Numbered from the stretch's first letter, positions 36,846 through 47,717 are shown. The stretch is DNA of 64,000 bases from Candidatus Bathyarchaeia archaeon (GCA_050013255.1 JBEKFP010000001.1:832001-896000); one strand, 5' to 3'. Notes: generated from the sequence alone by a model not told the origin. Numbers and translations: made by a program.

Positions 36846-38000
36846 TCATTTTAGTGCTTCTTTTTTCGCGTAGAAATCTCTCAGCGGTGATAATGCGTCG
36901 AACAGGTAAGTGTCGAGGTAGGGTTTCCCTCGTGCAATGTAATGTGCCATGTTTCTGGCGATGGCGGGTCCCATCATGAAACCTTGGCCGCAGAGCCCGG
37001 CTGCAAGGTAGAACCCGCTTACGTTCGGGGCTTCTCCGATTATTGGCAGCCCGTCCGGCGTCATGGGGTAGAGTCCTCGCCACAGCCTGCGGATGACCAA
37101 ATGCTTGAGCCTAGGAATCAAGTCAACCAGCCTTCTCGCAATAATGGGAAGAAACTCGGATGTGCATCGCCGATCCTCGCCTAGAATTATGGGAGATGGA
37201 GTGTAACAGAAGATAATTGACCCGTCATGCGTCTGCCCGAAATAGAAGTTGGCAGTTTTCCCTTCGGGTCCAGGTCTTATATCGACCACCAGCGGGTCTA
37301 GAAATCGATCCACTGGCATGGATATTCCGGCCTCATGCGAATCAGGAGAGACAGGAAGGCGCACGTTGACGGTCGCAGCGATTTGACTCGCCCAGGCTCC
37401 AGCTGCATTCAGCACGTAATCCGCTGAAATAATCTCCTTATCCGTCTTCACACCGGCCACTCGGCCGCTCTTCACGAGTACTTGTTCTGCGCTTTCCTCT
37501 AGCCGGAATTCTACTCCCAGCTTCTTGCATTCCTTGGTCAGCGAGGACGCGAATAGCAACGGTGACACTTGGCCGTCTTCAATTGAGAGTGTTCCACCTC
37601 TGAGCCCCTCAACATTTATTCCCGGAACGATTTTTTCAATGCCGTCGCGGTCAAGCCAATCAATTTTCAAACCGTACTTGTGTTGGATGGGAAACATGTC
37701 TTTCAGGAGTTTCTCGTCTTGTTCGCGGTAGGTTGGAAAGCAGTATCCGCCCATCTTCCAACCAATCTCGGTCCCCGTCTTCTCCTTCCATGTAGAGAAT
37801 ACTCGTAGGCTGTCTTGGCAGAGGGCTATCTTGGCTGGTTCTGAGTGTGTGGCCCTAACTCCGCCGATCGCTGCCTTGAAACTTCCTTGCGCCGGTGCCG
37901 GTTCCCTGTCGACCACTGTAACCTGCATGCCTTCTTGGGCGAGGTAGTAGGCGGACGGGAGCCCTACTGCTCCTGCTCCGATCACTACTATGTCCGTCAT
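36846..38000 (-). CDS. FAD-dependent oxidoreductase (proline dehydrogenase/sarcosine oxidase beta-like)
   Basis: VIGAGAVG, GLYPMTPDG.PIIG and G.GFM.GP motifs; ATG at 38000 overlaps the upstream stop. Confidence 0.9.
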   Translation of the reverse strand: MTDIVVIGAGAVGLPSAYYLAQEGMQVTVVDREPAPAQGSFKAAIGGVRATHSEPAKIALCQDSLRVFSTWKEKTGTEIGWKMGGYCFPTYREQDEKLLKDMFPIQHKYGLKIDWLDRDGIEKIVPGINVEGLRGGTLSIEDGQVSPLLFASSLTKECKKLGVEFRLEESAEQVLVKSGRVAGVKTDKEIISADYVLNAAGAWASQIAATVNVRLPVSPDSHEAGISMPVDRFLDPLVVDIRPGPEGKTANFYFGQTHDGSIIFCYTPSPIILGEDRRCTSEFLPIIARRLVDLIPRLKHLVIRRLWRGLYPMTPDGLPIIGEAPNVSGFYLAAGLCGQGFMMGPAIARNMAHYIARGKPYLDTYLFDALSPLRDFYAKKEALK

Positions 38001-40084
38001 TTTCGGTCCTCCCGGAATAATGCTGTTAGTGGGACTTCCATGGTGAACGGTCGCTTCACGTACCCAGTCACAGAATCTAGCGGGATGCCTTGTTCCTGGA
38101 AGACTTGCTTGACGAGGCTCTCGCAGGTCTTGCCGTTGCACGCGCCCATGCCACATCGGGTGGCGGCCTTGATGGCGTTCAGGTCCCTGACGCCCATCTG
38201 TACTAGTTCAGCGATTTGCTTCTTGCTTACTCGTTCGCAAAGGCACACCATCACCTCATCATTCTCCACACCGTATTCAAATGCGGCAGGTGATCCCTGC
38301 TCCGGAGTTTGGACTCTAATGCCCGCAACTTTTGTTGCAAGCTTCGAATCCACCTCTACCTGTACCATCTTCCGTTTGTCCATCCATTTGAGAGATCGAA
38401 TATGAAGCACCGTTCCAGCGCCGACGTCTTCACCCTCGAACCCGGTGAGCGCGACTTCCTTACCTATTCTCACGGTGTTCTCGTCAAGCTCCCATGGGAG
38501 CCACACCTGCACCTTTTTCCCTGTTGAATCAAACCTTCTATCCACGACGGCAATCGCTAAACCCGGGCAAACGACCGCGCATTTCAGGCAGCCAACACAT
38601 TCCTTGTCCCAGCGTGGAAGCGACATGATGCTTTCGCCTTCCAATGTAACCCAACCCTTCGGGCAGGCTTCGACGCAGGGGTTGCAAGGAATCTCCTGCA
38701 CGCACCGAATTACCGGGAAAACCTTTGCCGTTGAATAGTCAGGTTCTTTGAATTCATGAATTGGGCCAGGCTTACCACGTAGGATCTCAAGCATACCCAA
38801 CCATTCTGCTGGGATGGCGACGTCCCGGCCCATGTCTTGGAGCATTCTTCTCGCAATCACTTTTCCAGAGAACATGGCCGCCGAGGCTTCAGCGATCAGC
38901 TCAGCGTCGCCAGCCTCATATGTTGGAATCCCCATCCGTCGAGCTTCTTGCGCTAGTTCGTTGACAGGGTTTAAGCCAACCGCGATTAGCACGGTATCAA
39001 CTTGGTAGCTTCGCTCGGTTCCATGGATCGGTTTGAATCTCTCATCAATCTGTGCTACCACAACTCCTTCGACGTGGCCGTTTCCGTACGCTTTGACTAC
39101 AGTGTGCGAGGTGAAGACGGGGACTCCGAGCCTCTTGATCTTGTCTAAATGTACCTTGTATCCGCCAACTTTCGGGAGAGCTTCTACTAAGCCAATAACT
39201 TGAATGCCTGCTTGCATCGCGTGGTAAGCTGCTATCAGGCCGACGTTGCCGCCGCCAACGATGAATACTCGGCTTGAAGGTTTCACTAAGTCCCTGTTCA
39301 CCAATGTCTGGAAGGCGCCGGCGCCGAATACTCCTGGTAGGTCGTGGCCTGGAAAAGCTAGAACTTTTTCTCTCGCTCCGGTTGCAACTAGAAATTGCTT
39401 TGGTTTAATGAGGCAGTACTTTCCGTTTCGAACTACAGCGATTTTACCGTCGGAGAAAACTCCGACTACTGGAGAGTCAGTCCAGATTTGCACGTTCTTG
39501 AGTTCCGCTAATTCCTGTGCAAACTGTTTGGCTATGTTGATGCCTCTTGTTCCGGCACGGCATTCACGTACAGACCCGAAGAAGTTGTGAGTTTGGAGGG
39601 TGAGTTTTCCGCCTATCTCATGTTTGTCGTCACATACGATTACGTTCACCTTGCTCTCGGCAAGCTCGAGGGCTGCGTTAAGTCCAGCGGGGCCTGCTCC
39701 CGCAATCAGAACATCCACCGATACTTCTGGAACTTCGATAGGTCCAGCTGGCATATCGTCCTCTAGTAGTTTGGGTAATCCGTTGACTGTGCGAATGTTC
39801 ATTCCTTCGTGGACAGGAGTGATGCACGCTTTCACGGGGATGCCGTCTGCTATGACTAGGCAGTGTGAACATTGGCCATTGGCGCAGAAAAGTCCCTGCG
39901 GTGCCCCATCCTTGTGATGATGGCCAAAACAATCTATCCCACGGGCAATCAGCGCTGAAGAGATCATTTCCCCGTCCGCGGCTGGAATTGACTCCCCTTG
40001 CCAGCTGAAACAGATCTCTCGCTTCTGTGTCACATCCAATATAGGGTGTGAATAGATCCTCCGGGCAGGGGGATGAGAGGTCAT
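37997..40084 (-). CDS. Alpha-subunit-like fusion: 2Fe-2S, FAD/NAD oxidoreductase, 4Fe-4S dicluster and BFD-like 2Fe-2S
   Basis: FCANGQCSHC, GAGPAG, GGGNVG, CNPCVEACP, CVGCLKCAVVCP and CLCE...RCGMGACNGKTC motifs. Confidence 0.9.
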   Translation of the reverse strand: MTSHPPARRIYSHPILDVTQKREICFSWQGESIPAADGEMISSALIARGIDCFGHHHKDGAPQGLFCANGQCSHCLVIADGIPVKACITPVHEGMNIRTVNGLPKLLEDDMPAGPIEVPEVSVDVLIAGAGPAGLNAALELAESKVNVIVCDDKHEIGGKLTLQTHNFFGSVRECRAGTRGINIAKQFAQELAELKNVQIWTDSPVVGVFSDGKIAVVRNGKYCLIKPKQFLVATGAREKVLAFPGHDLPGVFGAGAFQTLVNRDLVKPSSRVFIVGGGNVGLIAAYHAMQAGIQVIGLVEALPKVGGYKVHLDKIKRLGVPVFTSHTVVKAYGNGHVEGVVVAQIDERFKPIHGTERSYQVDTVLIAVGLNPVNELAQEARRMGIPTYEAGDAELIAEASAAMFSGKVIARRMLQDMGRDVAIPAEWLGMLEILRGKPGPIHEFKEPDYSTAKVFPVIRCVQEIPCNPCVEACPKGWVTLEGESIMSLPRWDKECVGCLKCAVVCPGLAIAVVDRRFDSTGKKVQVWLPWELDENTVRIGKEVALTGFEGEDVGAGTVLHIRSLKWMDKRKMVQVEVDSKLATKVAGIRVQTPEQGSPAAFEYGVENDEVMVCLCERVSKKQIAELVQMGVRDLNAIKAATRCGMGACNGKTCESLVKQVFQEQGIPLDSVTGYVKRPFTMEVPLTALFREDRK

Positions 40085-40115
40085 TTGCCTATCCCGATAT
40101 CGCCAGATGAAACTC

Positions 40116-40337
40116 CTACGAGACGGACCAGTCAGCGATCTGTGTTTTGTCTTCCTTGATTTGGAATTTCACTTCGAACCTTCTTTCGCGGCCTTCAGCG
40201 TCTTGAAATGTTTCATGGACTGTAATCTGATTTTGTGAACTCGGGCTACGTTCGGCAGAAAGGGTGGTTATGTTTCCGTTCTGAAGCCGGCTCCTCAGGA
40301 GCTCTACGGCCCTCGTTTCCAGGGCGTCCAGTTCCAA
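40116..40337 (-). CDS. Hypothetical protein
   Basis: 73-aa ORF upstream of the dehydrogenase pair. Confidence 0.5.
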   Translation of the reverse strand: MELDALETRAVELLRSRLQNGNITTLSAERSPSSQNQITVHETFQDAEGRERRFEVKFQIKEDKTQIADWSVS

Positions 40338-40478
40338 TCAAAGGCACCATGGGAAATGCCTACGATTCTGCTAAGTAAATGTCTGGAACCTATTCTATAG
40401 AGAATTACGCAGAAGATTCCAGGGAAAAAAAGCGGGTGTTGGACCCGCGTTTATTGGAAGGCTATTCGGGAATGAAGC

Positions 40479-41330
40479 CTATTTGGTCTTCGTCGCTTCA
40501 GTCTTCTTGCCTCTTCGCGACTGGTAGACGGCCAGGGCGGCTAGGGCAGCGGCTAGGATGCCGAAGACTAGCGCGAGCGTCTGGTATCTCTGTGTCATGG
40601 TACCGGCGGAGGCAAGCTGTTGGTTCAGTTGGTTTATCGTGGCGCTTTGCTGTGAGATTGTGTTTTGCAGTTGTTGGTTTTGGGCTTGGCCCTGGCTGAC
40701 TTGTTGTTGAAGGATTTGGTATTCAGATTGAAGGGCGACATATTCCGGCGTGGTCGCATTGATGTAGGATAATGGTGCTATTTCTTGGTCTGTTGACGAG
40801 CTGTAGTAGTAGGATGGGTAGTAGACGTAGAAGAAAGTCCGGGAATGTTTCATGCCCATGGAATAAGTCGAGGGGTAGTAGTAGGAGCTATAGTCATAGT
40901 AGTTTGCCTGCACAGTCTCCGAGAAGAGTGCGATCAGTGAAGTCCTGGGAGCATCTTGAGGCACGGTCACGCTGAAGCTTTTGCTGAAACTCGCGGAAGG
41001 CGTTGAATATCCACCGTACCCATAGTATCCAGCATTGCTTGCTGAATTACTGATGAGTTTCTGCGTTGAGAGTTGATGGAGGCCTGCCGCGTCGGCGTAG
41101 TATATTGTTACAGTCAAAGATTGGAGGTACGCGCTGTTAGCTTTGGGAGTTCCTTGCACGTTAACCGTAACAGTATCGCTTGGCATGGCTTCGGAGGGGA
41201 AAGAAACCTGTAGACTGAATGAGTTTAGGGTGACGGTGTACGAGGTCTGCGTTGGTTGAGCGAATGCAGGACTGAGAAGGGACAAGAGGACAAGTGCGGG
41301 AACTAGCCATATTGTTTTCATACTAATCAT
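40479..41330 (-). CDS. Secreted/membrane-anchored protein with Tyr-rich region and coiled coil
   Basis: Signal peptide, Gln-rich heptads, C-terminal TM and basic tail. Confidence 0.75.
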   Translation of the reverse strand: MISMKTIWLVPALVLLSLLSPAFAQPTQTSYTVTLNSFSLQVSFPSEAMPSDTVTVNVQGTPKANSAYLQSLTVTIYYADAAGLHQLSTQKLISNSASNAGYYGYGGYSTPSASFSKSFSVTVPQDAPRTSLIALFSETVQANYYDYSSYYYPSTYSMGMKHSRTFFYVYYPSYYYSSSTDQEIAPLSYINATTPEYVALQSEYQILQQQVSQGQAQNQQLQNTISQQSATINQLNQQLASAGTMTQRYQTLALVFGILAAALAALAVYQSRRGKKTEATKTK

Positions 41331-41407
41331 ACCTACGACGAGCGTAGTAACTAAAAAGCATTATCTCGAACCGTTCGCTACTACTCACGTTAAGGTCCGT
41401 TTACAAC

Positions 41408-43237
41408 CTAGGGGGCCTTTCTGCGTCGCCTAACAATCGCCAAAAACGTCAAACCGAGAATTATGCCCGTAATGATCGACTCCAAGGGGAACCCTGGGAC
41501 TGGTGGCAATGTCATAGGCATCGTGACGGAAATCGAGCTAGAAGTTCTCAAGGCTGTTGTCGTAGGCGAGCTCACGACCGTAGTTACCACGGAAGTGATG
41601 ACCACAATCGTCGGCTGCGCAACAGTTGTCGTTGAACTCCGTGAAGTCATCGTGGTACTAATACTAGTTGAACTCGTTGTTTGAGTTGAGGATGCGTCAA
41701 CTGTGAAGTCGGCGGAGACAGAGTCACCAGCTTGATTGCCAGTCACCGAGATCGTGTATACCGCAGCCGCCACATTAGCAACAATAAAGGAACCAGTAAC
41801 GGCACCGGCGGAAATCGAACAGGATGGTGATGAGATCGAGCCTCCAGAACCAGTTATCGTGCAGGTCGAGTCACCTGGGGCGAAACCGGAACCGGACACC
41901 GTAACGCTGGCTCCAACTTCCGCAGAATTGGGGTTGATCGTCATGGATGGAATAGGGAGTATCAATTGGAAATTAGTTGTCGCGGAATCACCCGCGGGAC
42001 CACCGATAGCAGCAACCGTGTAAGAGCCTACTGCCACAGTACTGACAACAAAAGACCCTTTCACGGTACCGCCGGAAATCACACAGCTGGAAGCACTCAC
42101 CGAGCTGCCTGAGATCAAGCAACCTGTGTCGCTCATTGAGAAGCCTGAACCGGTCACGTTAACAGTTGATCCAGCGGGGGCGGAAGTAGGATTCAACGCG
42201 ATAGACGGACTACTGGCAGCTATGGTTGAGCTCGGCGTTGTCTGAGTAGAACTAGTGGCCACCTCGCTTGAAGTAGTCCTTGTTTGTAGCGGTGTTGTTG
42301 TTTGTAGCGATGTTGAGCTGCTACTAACTTGGGCTGAAACAAAGTCCAATTTGACGTTTACGCCGGTAAGGGTCAATGTCTTAGTGATCGGACCAAAACC
42401 TGGACCCGAAGCCGTAACCGTGATGGTTCCAGAAGTACCGATCGGGATCGCGTAGCCGCCCGAGGACGATGAGACGGCATAGTAACCGCCGCTACTTGGC
42501 GTGATCGTTACGCCACCGACGCCTTCGCCGATGTCGTAGAAATTGTTGTGATTCACATCATTGTACACCACGCCCAACAGGAACGGCCCAGCGCTGGGCG
42601 CGGCACCAAAATCCTCCGTGATGAAATCGCTACCAATACTGTTCGAGGTGGCTCCCGCATAGTATCCGATTCCGACTTCGTAGTACACGCAGGGAGTAGC
42701 GCTGCAGGGGTAAGCGTTGAGGAGATCAAGGAGGTTCACGCGGTGTAGACGCCCCGAGGTGCCTGAATCAACCATCATAAAGTCCTCCAATTCCGCAGCA
42801 GTCGAACCCGTACTCGCGGCCATGTTTTCACCTGCCCGCACGTAATCGTAGCCCACATTTGTAATGCGGTTGAAGGCAGTTGTGCCGTTTGGGTCTGTGT
42901 GGGAGAAATAATTCCCATTGTACATGTCCTTGCTGTGAGCCTCCGCAATGCTAAGCAGAAGTTTATTCATGGCCAACGGCGGCCGAGGGCCCACGAAGCT
43001 TGGATCCTGTAACCCTTCATGAATATCAATTCCCAAACGCTGCCCCTCGGCGATGGGATTTGCACGAGCCCGGTTAACGTACTCCAAAACGAGTTGCTCG
43101 TCGGGGGTCGGATTGCCAGAATCATACCTCACAAGACCCGTGACCGTGGGCGTAACCGCCCGCAGAGAAAGCAATGATGCAACTAGCACGACGGCAATGA
43201 AAGCAAAAGAAGTGATCCTTTTGCGTTTCAAAGGCAT
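41408..43237 (-). CDS. CAP/SCP-domain surface protein with Ig-like repeats and PGF-type sorting signal
   Basis: VNRAR, AEAHSKDM...YFSH, GENMA, HRVNLL; Ser/Thr linker; VPGFP-TM-RRRR tail. Confidence 0.85.
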   Translation of the reverse strand: MPLKRKRITSFAFIAVVLVASLLSLRAVTPTVTGLVRYDSGNPTPDEQLVLEYVNRARANPIAEGQRLGIDIHEGLQDPSFVGPRPPLAMNKLLLSIAEAHSKDMYNGNYFSHTDPNGTTAFNRITNVGYDYVRAGENMAASTGSTAAELEDFMMVDSGTSGRLHRVNLLDLLNAYPCSATPCVYYEVGIGYYAGATSNSIGSDFITEDFGAAPSAGPFLLGVVYNDVNHNNFYDIGEGVGGVTITPSSGGYYAVSSSSGGYAIPIGTSGTITVTASGPGFGPITKTLTLTGVNVKLDFVSAQVSSSSTSLQTTTPLQTRTTSSEVATSSTQTTPSSTIAASSPSIALNPTSAPAGSTVNVTGSGFSMSDTGCLISGSSVSASSCVISGGTVKGSFVVSTVAVGSYTVAAIGGPAGDSATTNFQLILPIPSMTINPNSAEVGASVTVSGSGFAPGDSTCTITGSGGSISSPSCSISAGAVTGSFIVANVAAAVYTISVTGNQAGDSVSADFTVDASSTQTTSSTSISTTMTSRSSTTTVAQPTIVVITSVVTTVVSSPTTTALRTSSSISVTMPMTLPPVPGFPLESIITGIILGLTFLAIVRRRRKAP

Positions 43238-43544
43238 GATTCTAGTTCAACTCTCCTCGGTTCTTACACTGCTAGAGCGCAATCATCACGTGTCAGCACT
43301 CATCTCTAAAAAAAGGACGTATTCGCGCCATCAAGCAGAATGGAACGGTCGTTGCCCCGATTGTTAGAAAAGTGACACAATCTTGTGCAAATCTTTGACT
43401 GCGTGTTGCAGACTTTCCACCCACTATCAATGTCTACGTGTGTGCGCGCACAGTTGCCATCGTCGTATAATTCTGGTTTATTTCACGCAACGCGAGAAGT
43501 ATGGAAAGGTTGACGTTCAAAGGGGAAAACAACCGGTGAGTTGA

Positions 43545-43766
43545 ATGGCAAACACAAAGGGGCACATGATAAGTCTCGTTACTCGATTGCTTATCGTGGC
43601 CGCCGTTACAGTATCTATTTCAGTGGTGACGACGATTCTCCTGATACAGAAATTCGGGGCGACGTGGAATGTTGTTCCCATAACGGTTTTTGCAATCATT
43701 GTCCCCGCAACACTCGCAATAGCAATCAACTATCTGTATTGGCGTCCACGATACAGGGTGCTCTGA
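43545..43766 (+). CDS. Small two-TM membrane protein
   Basis: Two hydrophobic helices; GGTGA upstream. Confidence 0.45.
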   Translation: MANTKGHMISLVTRLLIVAAVTVSISVVTTILLIQKFGATWNVVPITVFAIIVPATLAIAINYLYWRPRYRVL

Positions 43767-43887
43767 ATTGACATCCGCTTATGCCGAACAGCTGTACAGA
43801 ACAGCCATAAACTGAACAAAGCCTCAATTTCATCCTTCTCTGGCGTCGATTCCGAATATTAATTTCCAAGGCTTATATGCCGTTAAA

Positions 43888-43915
43888 TTATTAAGTAAAA
43901 TAAAAGTCTTAATAA
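43888..43915. promoter_or_regulatory. Candidate NikR-family operator TTATTAAG-N12-CTTAATAA
   Basis: Perfect 8-bp inverted repeat between a CTTATAT box (~43872) and the metal ABC operon start. Confidence 0.7.
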
Positions 43916-43939
43916 CTTAGTTTTCGCTTACTGTCAGCC

Positions 43940-44932
43940 ATGCAATCAGTTAAGAGCACTCGTAAGCCTTGGGTAGTTGCCATTGCGCTCTTTTTCATAG
44001 GCCTCGTTGTCGGCGGCGTCATTGTCAGCTCTAGCAGCGGATCGAGTTCAACCTCCACAAACACGGTCACCGTGACCTCGCGGAGTGGTGGCACACCGGT
44101 GTTGAGCGTCTTGGCGACGTTCTTTCCACTTCAGGATTGGGCTGCAGCAGTAGGAGGGGACAAGGCGAACGTATCACTCCTGGTGCCAGCAAGCATCGAT
44201 GTGCACGAGTTTGAGCCCAGTCCCGCTGCAATTCAAGCCATCGCGCAAGCTAATATTCTGGTCCTAAACGGGGCGGGCCTCGAAACATGGGCCTCAGGAG
44301 CAATAGCTGCAGCGAACAATCCAAATCTCGTAGTTGTCGACTGCAGTTCAGGTATCAATTTGATCAATCTTCCTCCACAGTTTCAAGTTGGGAATAGAAC
44401 GATTGACCCCCACATATGGAATGACCCTGTAAACGCCATCGCCATGGTCAAGAACATCCTGGCCGGTTTCATTCAGGCGGACCCATCGGACGCATCTTAC
44501 TTTACGGCTAACGCAAACAGGTACGAGAACGCCCTTGAGGTTCTCAACCAACAGTTTGTCGATCTAACTAGTTCGAAGGTTGCCACCAGAGACTTTGTCA
44601 CTTTCCACACAGCCTGGGCCTATTTGGCGCAGCAGTACAACCTAAATCAAATTCCAGTGTTCGGCCCCTTTGAGGAGGAACCGACGCCATCAGACCTACA
44701 AAACGTAGTTAACGCAATCAACCAGAACAAGCTTTGCTACGTAGGCTACGAATCTCTCGAGAACCCAGCGATTTCCCAAACTATCGCAACCGAGACACAC
44801 GCCACGCTTGTACCCATGGATCCGAACGAAGGTCTCTCGCCACAGCAGCAAGCGGCCGGCGAAACCTACCTAACAATGATGCAGATGATGCTCTTCATCC
44901 TGACGTTAGCACTTACGCACACGGGTTGCTAG
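43940..44932 (+). CDS. znuA: Zn/Mn ABC transporter substrate-binding protein
   Basis: DVHEFEP, NGAGLE, DPHIW and FHTAW.Y motifs. Confidence 0.9.
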   Translation: MQSVKSTRKPWVVAIALFFIGLVVGGVIVSSSSGSSSTSTNTVTVTSRSGGTPVLSVLATFFPLQDWAAAVGGDKANVSLLVPASIDVHEFEPSPAAIQAIAQANILVLNGAGLETWASGAIAAANNPNLVVVDCSSGINLINLPPQFQVGNRTIDPHIWNDPVNAIAMVKNILAGFIQADPSDASYFTANANRYENALEVLNQQFVDLTSSKVATRDFVTFHTAWAYLAQQYNLNQIPVFGPFEEEPTPSDLQNVVNAINQNKLCYVGYESLENPAISQTIATETHATLVPMDPNEGLSPQQQAAGETYLTMMQMMLFILTLALTHTGC

Positions 44933-44986
44933 CAACATATTATCTTGGAGCTTGCCGTAATATGTTGAATAAACTAGGGGATTGAT

Positions 44987-45760
44987 CTGCAAGTCTCAGC
45001 TCCTATCGAAGGTCCGATAGTCGAGCTCAATGACGTCGGAGTGAGATATCCAGGCGGTGTTCAAGCTCTTGACCACATTACTCTCAAGATAAGTAAGGGC
45101 GATTTTGTAGGCCTGATCGGCCCAAACGGGGCTGGAAAATCAACGCTCCTTAACGTGATCCTTGGCATCGTGAAACCCAATACGGGCTACGTTCGGCTCT
45201 TCGGCGAACCAATATCCCCAAGAAACCTAAGAAAAATAGGGTACGTTCCTCAGATACCATATTCTAAGGACACCAACTTTCCGTCTACTGTCTACGAAGC
45301 TGTCCTAATGGGGCGAATTCCTCATTCTTCACGGTTCCCTTGGTTCTCGGCAGACGATCACCATAAGGTCGAACATGCGCTGAAACGCCTTGAAATCGAG
45401 GACCTCAAGAACAGGGGGATTGGTGAACTCTCGGGCGGAGAAACTCAGAGAGTTTTCACGGCGAAAGCACTGGTGGGGGAACCACAGTTGTTGATGTTCG
45501 ATGAACCGACTAGCGGTGTGGACGTTGAAGCGAAGAGAGAGTTCTACAGTGTACTAGAACAGCTTAACAGAGATCTCGGTATCACGACAGTCCTTTCAAT
45601 CCACGACCTGGCTGTTGTCACACAGCTCGCCAAGACGATCATATGCATAAATCGCAGGCTCTATTTCGACGGTCTTACAACGCGGTTCGACGCGAAAGCC
45701 ATTCTCCCAAGGGCGTACAATTATCCAGTGGAAGTGATCGAGCACGGAGAGCATCCTTAA
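44987..45760 (+). CDS. znuC: Zn/Mn ABC transporter ATPase
   Basis: GPNGAGKST, LSGGE.QR and DEPT motifs; probable CTG/ATT start upstream of the GTG at 45041. Confidence 0.9.
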   Translation: MQVSAPIEGPIVELNDVGVRYPGGVQALDHITLKISKGDFVGLIGPNGAGKSTLLNVILGIVKPNTGYVRLFGEPISPRNLRKIGYVPQIPYSKDTNFPSTVYEAVLMGRIPHSSRFPWFSADDHHKVEHALKRLEIEDLKNRGIGELSGGETQRVFTAKALVGEPQLLMFDEPTSGVDVEAKREFYSVLEQLNRDLGITTVLSIHDLAVVTQLAKTIICINRRLYFDGLTTRFDAKAILPRAYNYPVEVIEHGEHP

Positions 45761-46601
45761 CTCCATACTTACCTACCTTAGCGCTGGGTTCATTCAGCGC
45801 GCCTTCATCATAGGGATACTCATCGCCGTGCTCAGCTCAATCTTGAGCGTCTACATTGTGCTCAAGAGGCTCTCTCTCATCGGAGATGGGTTAGCCCATA
45901 CCGCCTACGGAGGTATCGCCATCGGTCTCGCCGTAGGTGCTCTTCAACCCAGACTGGTCAACATTAATCCATACTTGATCGGGGGAGCAATAGTCGTACT
46001 TGGTTCAATAATGATCACAAAGACGATTCGCTCTGCGCGGCTTAGTGGAGACGCAGCTGTGGCGGTTTTTCTAGAGCTCGGCTTAGCTACAGGGATCTTT
46101 GTCACCAGCGTCACACTCAATTACGGCTTTCAACTTGACGCTCTTCTCTTCGGAAGCATACTGCTAGTTGAGTGGAGTCAGATTTACGCCGCTGCGCTTG
46201 TCCTCGTCTTGGCAATTGGGGCAATCATAGTTTTCTATAAGCAACTGCTCTACACAATTTTCGATGAGGTTCAAGCTAGAGCATCAGGCATAGAAACATG
46301 GAAGTTTGACTACCTGCTCGCCATCCTTGCCGGAATAGCCGTAGTCGTTTCAATCCCCATCGTAGGCATTCTGCTCATATCGGCGCTTCTTGTGCTTCCG
46401 GCTCTCAGCAGTATGCAAATCGCTCGGTCCTTCAAACAAACCATCTTAATGGCACCCATGTTCGGTTTAGCCTCTGTAGTTCTAGGAATGTTTCTGTCCA
46501 TAATCCAACCACATGCTGCTCCTGGGGGGTCAATTGTTCTCGTGGGTCTGGCTCTACTTCTCGCTGCCATGGTCATAAAGAAAGTAAAATCCGTGTTCTA
46601 G
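45744..46601 (+). CDS. znuB: Zn/Mn ABC transporter permease
   Basis: GDGLAH, LFGSIL and VGILLISALL motifs; the conserved FIQRA segment lies upstream of the first canonical start (45828). Confidence 0.88.
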   Translation, partial: TESILNSILTYLSAGFIQRAFIIGILIAVLSSILSVYIVLKRLSLIGDGLAHTAYGGIAIGLAVGALQPRLVNINPYLIGGAIVVLGSIMITKTIRSARLSGDAAVAVFLELGLATGIFVTSVTLNYGFQLDALLFGSILLVEWSQIYAAALVLVLAIGAIIVFYKQLLYTIFDEVQARASGIETWKFDYLLAILAGIAVVVSIPIVGILLISALLVLPALSSMQIARSFKQTILMAPMFGLASVVLGMFLSIIQPHAAPGGSIVLVGLALLLAAMVIKKVKSVF

Positions 46602-46668
46602 TTGAACCGCACTTGCGTCGAAGGTTAAATAACAACCGTTTGGCACGCAGTCAACTCAGTGGCCTGCC

Positions 46669-47052
46669 ATGACCATTGTGAGCTTGTCGTTTCCTGATCA
46701 AATGATAAAGGACATGGACAGGATTCAGAAATCTCGAGGCTTCTCGGGCCGTTCGGAGCTAGTTCGGGCCGCCATCAGGTTGATGTTGGAAGATACGAAA
46801 GAAAAGGACTCAATGGCAGGCAGAATCAGCGCGATCGTAACGGTAACCCACAGCCAAGAGGATGAGGAGCCCATAACTCGGCTGAAACATTTATTCCAAG
46901 ATATCGTGAAGACCCACATTCACAGCAAGATCAGTCACGGGAACTGCATAGAACTATTCCTTTTGGAAGGGGATGGAAAGAAAGTGGCTTCTATGACGAA
47001 GTCATTCCAGAAGGAAGAGAACATGAAAAGTGTCCGATTGATTGTGCTTTAA
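46669..47052 (+). CDS. NikR-like ribbon-helix-helix metalloregulator
   Basis: IVSLS...RSELVRAAIR and THIH...CIE motifs. Confidence 0.88.
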   Translation: MTIVSLSFPDQMIKDMDRIQKSRGFSGRSELVRAAIRLMLEDTKEKDSMAGRISAIVTVTHSQEDEEPITRLKHLFQDIVKTHIHSKISHGNCIELFLLEGDGKKVASMTKSFQKEENMKSVRLIVL

Positions 47053-47090
47053 GGTCAAGTTAACTTCTGTTTCGTTTGATGAGCGCCGAA

Positions 47091-47630
47091 TTACATCTGT
47101 TCTTGGATAGTTGAAATGACTCTGGGTGCTAAGATTGTGAATAACATGGTGTTGTTCACCAACGCTGTGATCAAACTTGGAATCCCTGAGATCATCGAAG
47201 CCAGTAAGGGAATGCCATAGAATACCGTAACCCACCAGTTCTGAAGAAATTCACTAATGACCGTTAGGATTACAGCTGACGCGGCGAACCAAAGGCTGTT
47301 GGGTCTACTTCTGACGAAAAGCCGTAGAATGCCGCCTCCGATACCGAACACGCCTCCGATGATTCCACCGATAAAAGGTGTCCATGGTCCCGGTTGAACT
47401 GGGAGATCAGAAATCACTATAATTGATGATCCGCCTAGGAAGCCAACTACTGGTCCGTAAATGATGCCCATGATGAAGGTCAGCGTCTCCGACAAGCCGA
47501 CTTTGATCACGACACCGTAAAATGGCGTAGGCGTGATCATGGCCACTTCTCCTATACCGAACCTCACCACGCTGCCGACGGCTACGAGCGTTGCCACTAG
47601 TGCGACTTTTTTCGATAGGGAGGCGGTCAT
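47091..47630 (-). CDS. ECF transporter S component
   Basis: Six-TM pattern with YGP..G...G...ISD...GPWTPF. Confidence 0.7.
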   Translation of the reverse strand: MTASLSKKVALVATLVAVGSVVRFGIGEVAMITPTPFYGVVIKVGLSETLTFIMGIIYGPVVGFLGGSSIIVISDLPVQPGPWTPFIGGIIGGVFGIGGGILRLFVRSRPNSLWFAASAVILTVISEFLQNWWVTVFYGIPLLASMISGIPSLITALVNNTMLFTILAPRVISTIQEQM

Positions 47631-47717
47631 ACGTGGTCTTCTGGATGGATTATCCAGCCAGAGATTATAAAAGCTAATTCACAATATTAGCCGTAAGCTA
47701 CTCAGAACGAGAATGAG

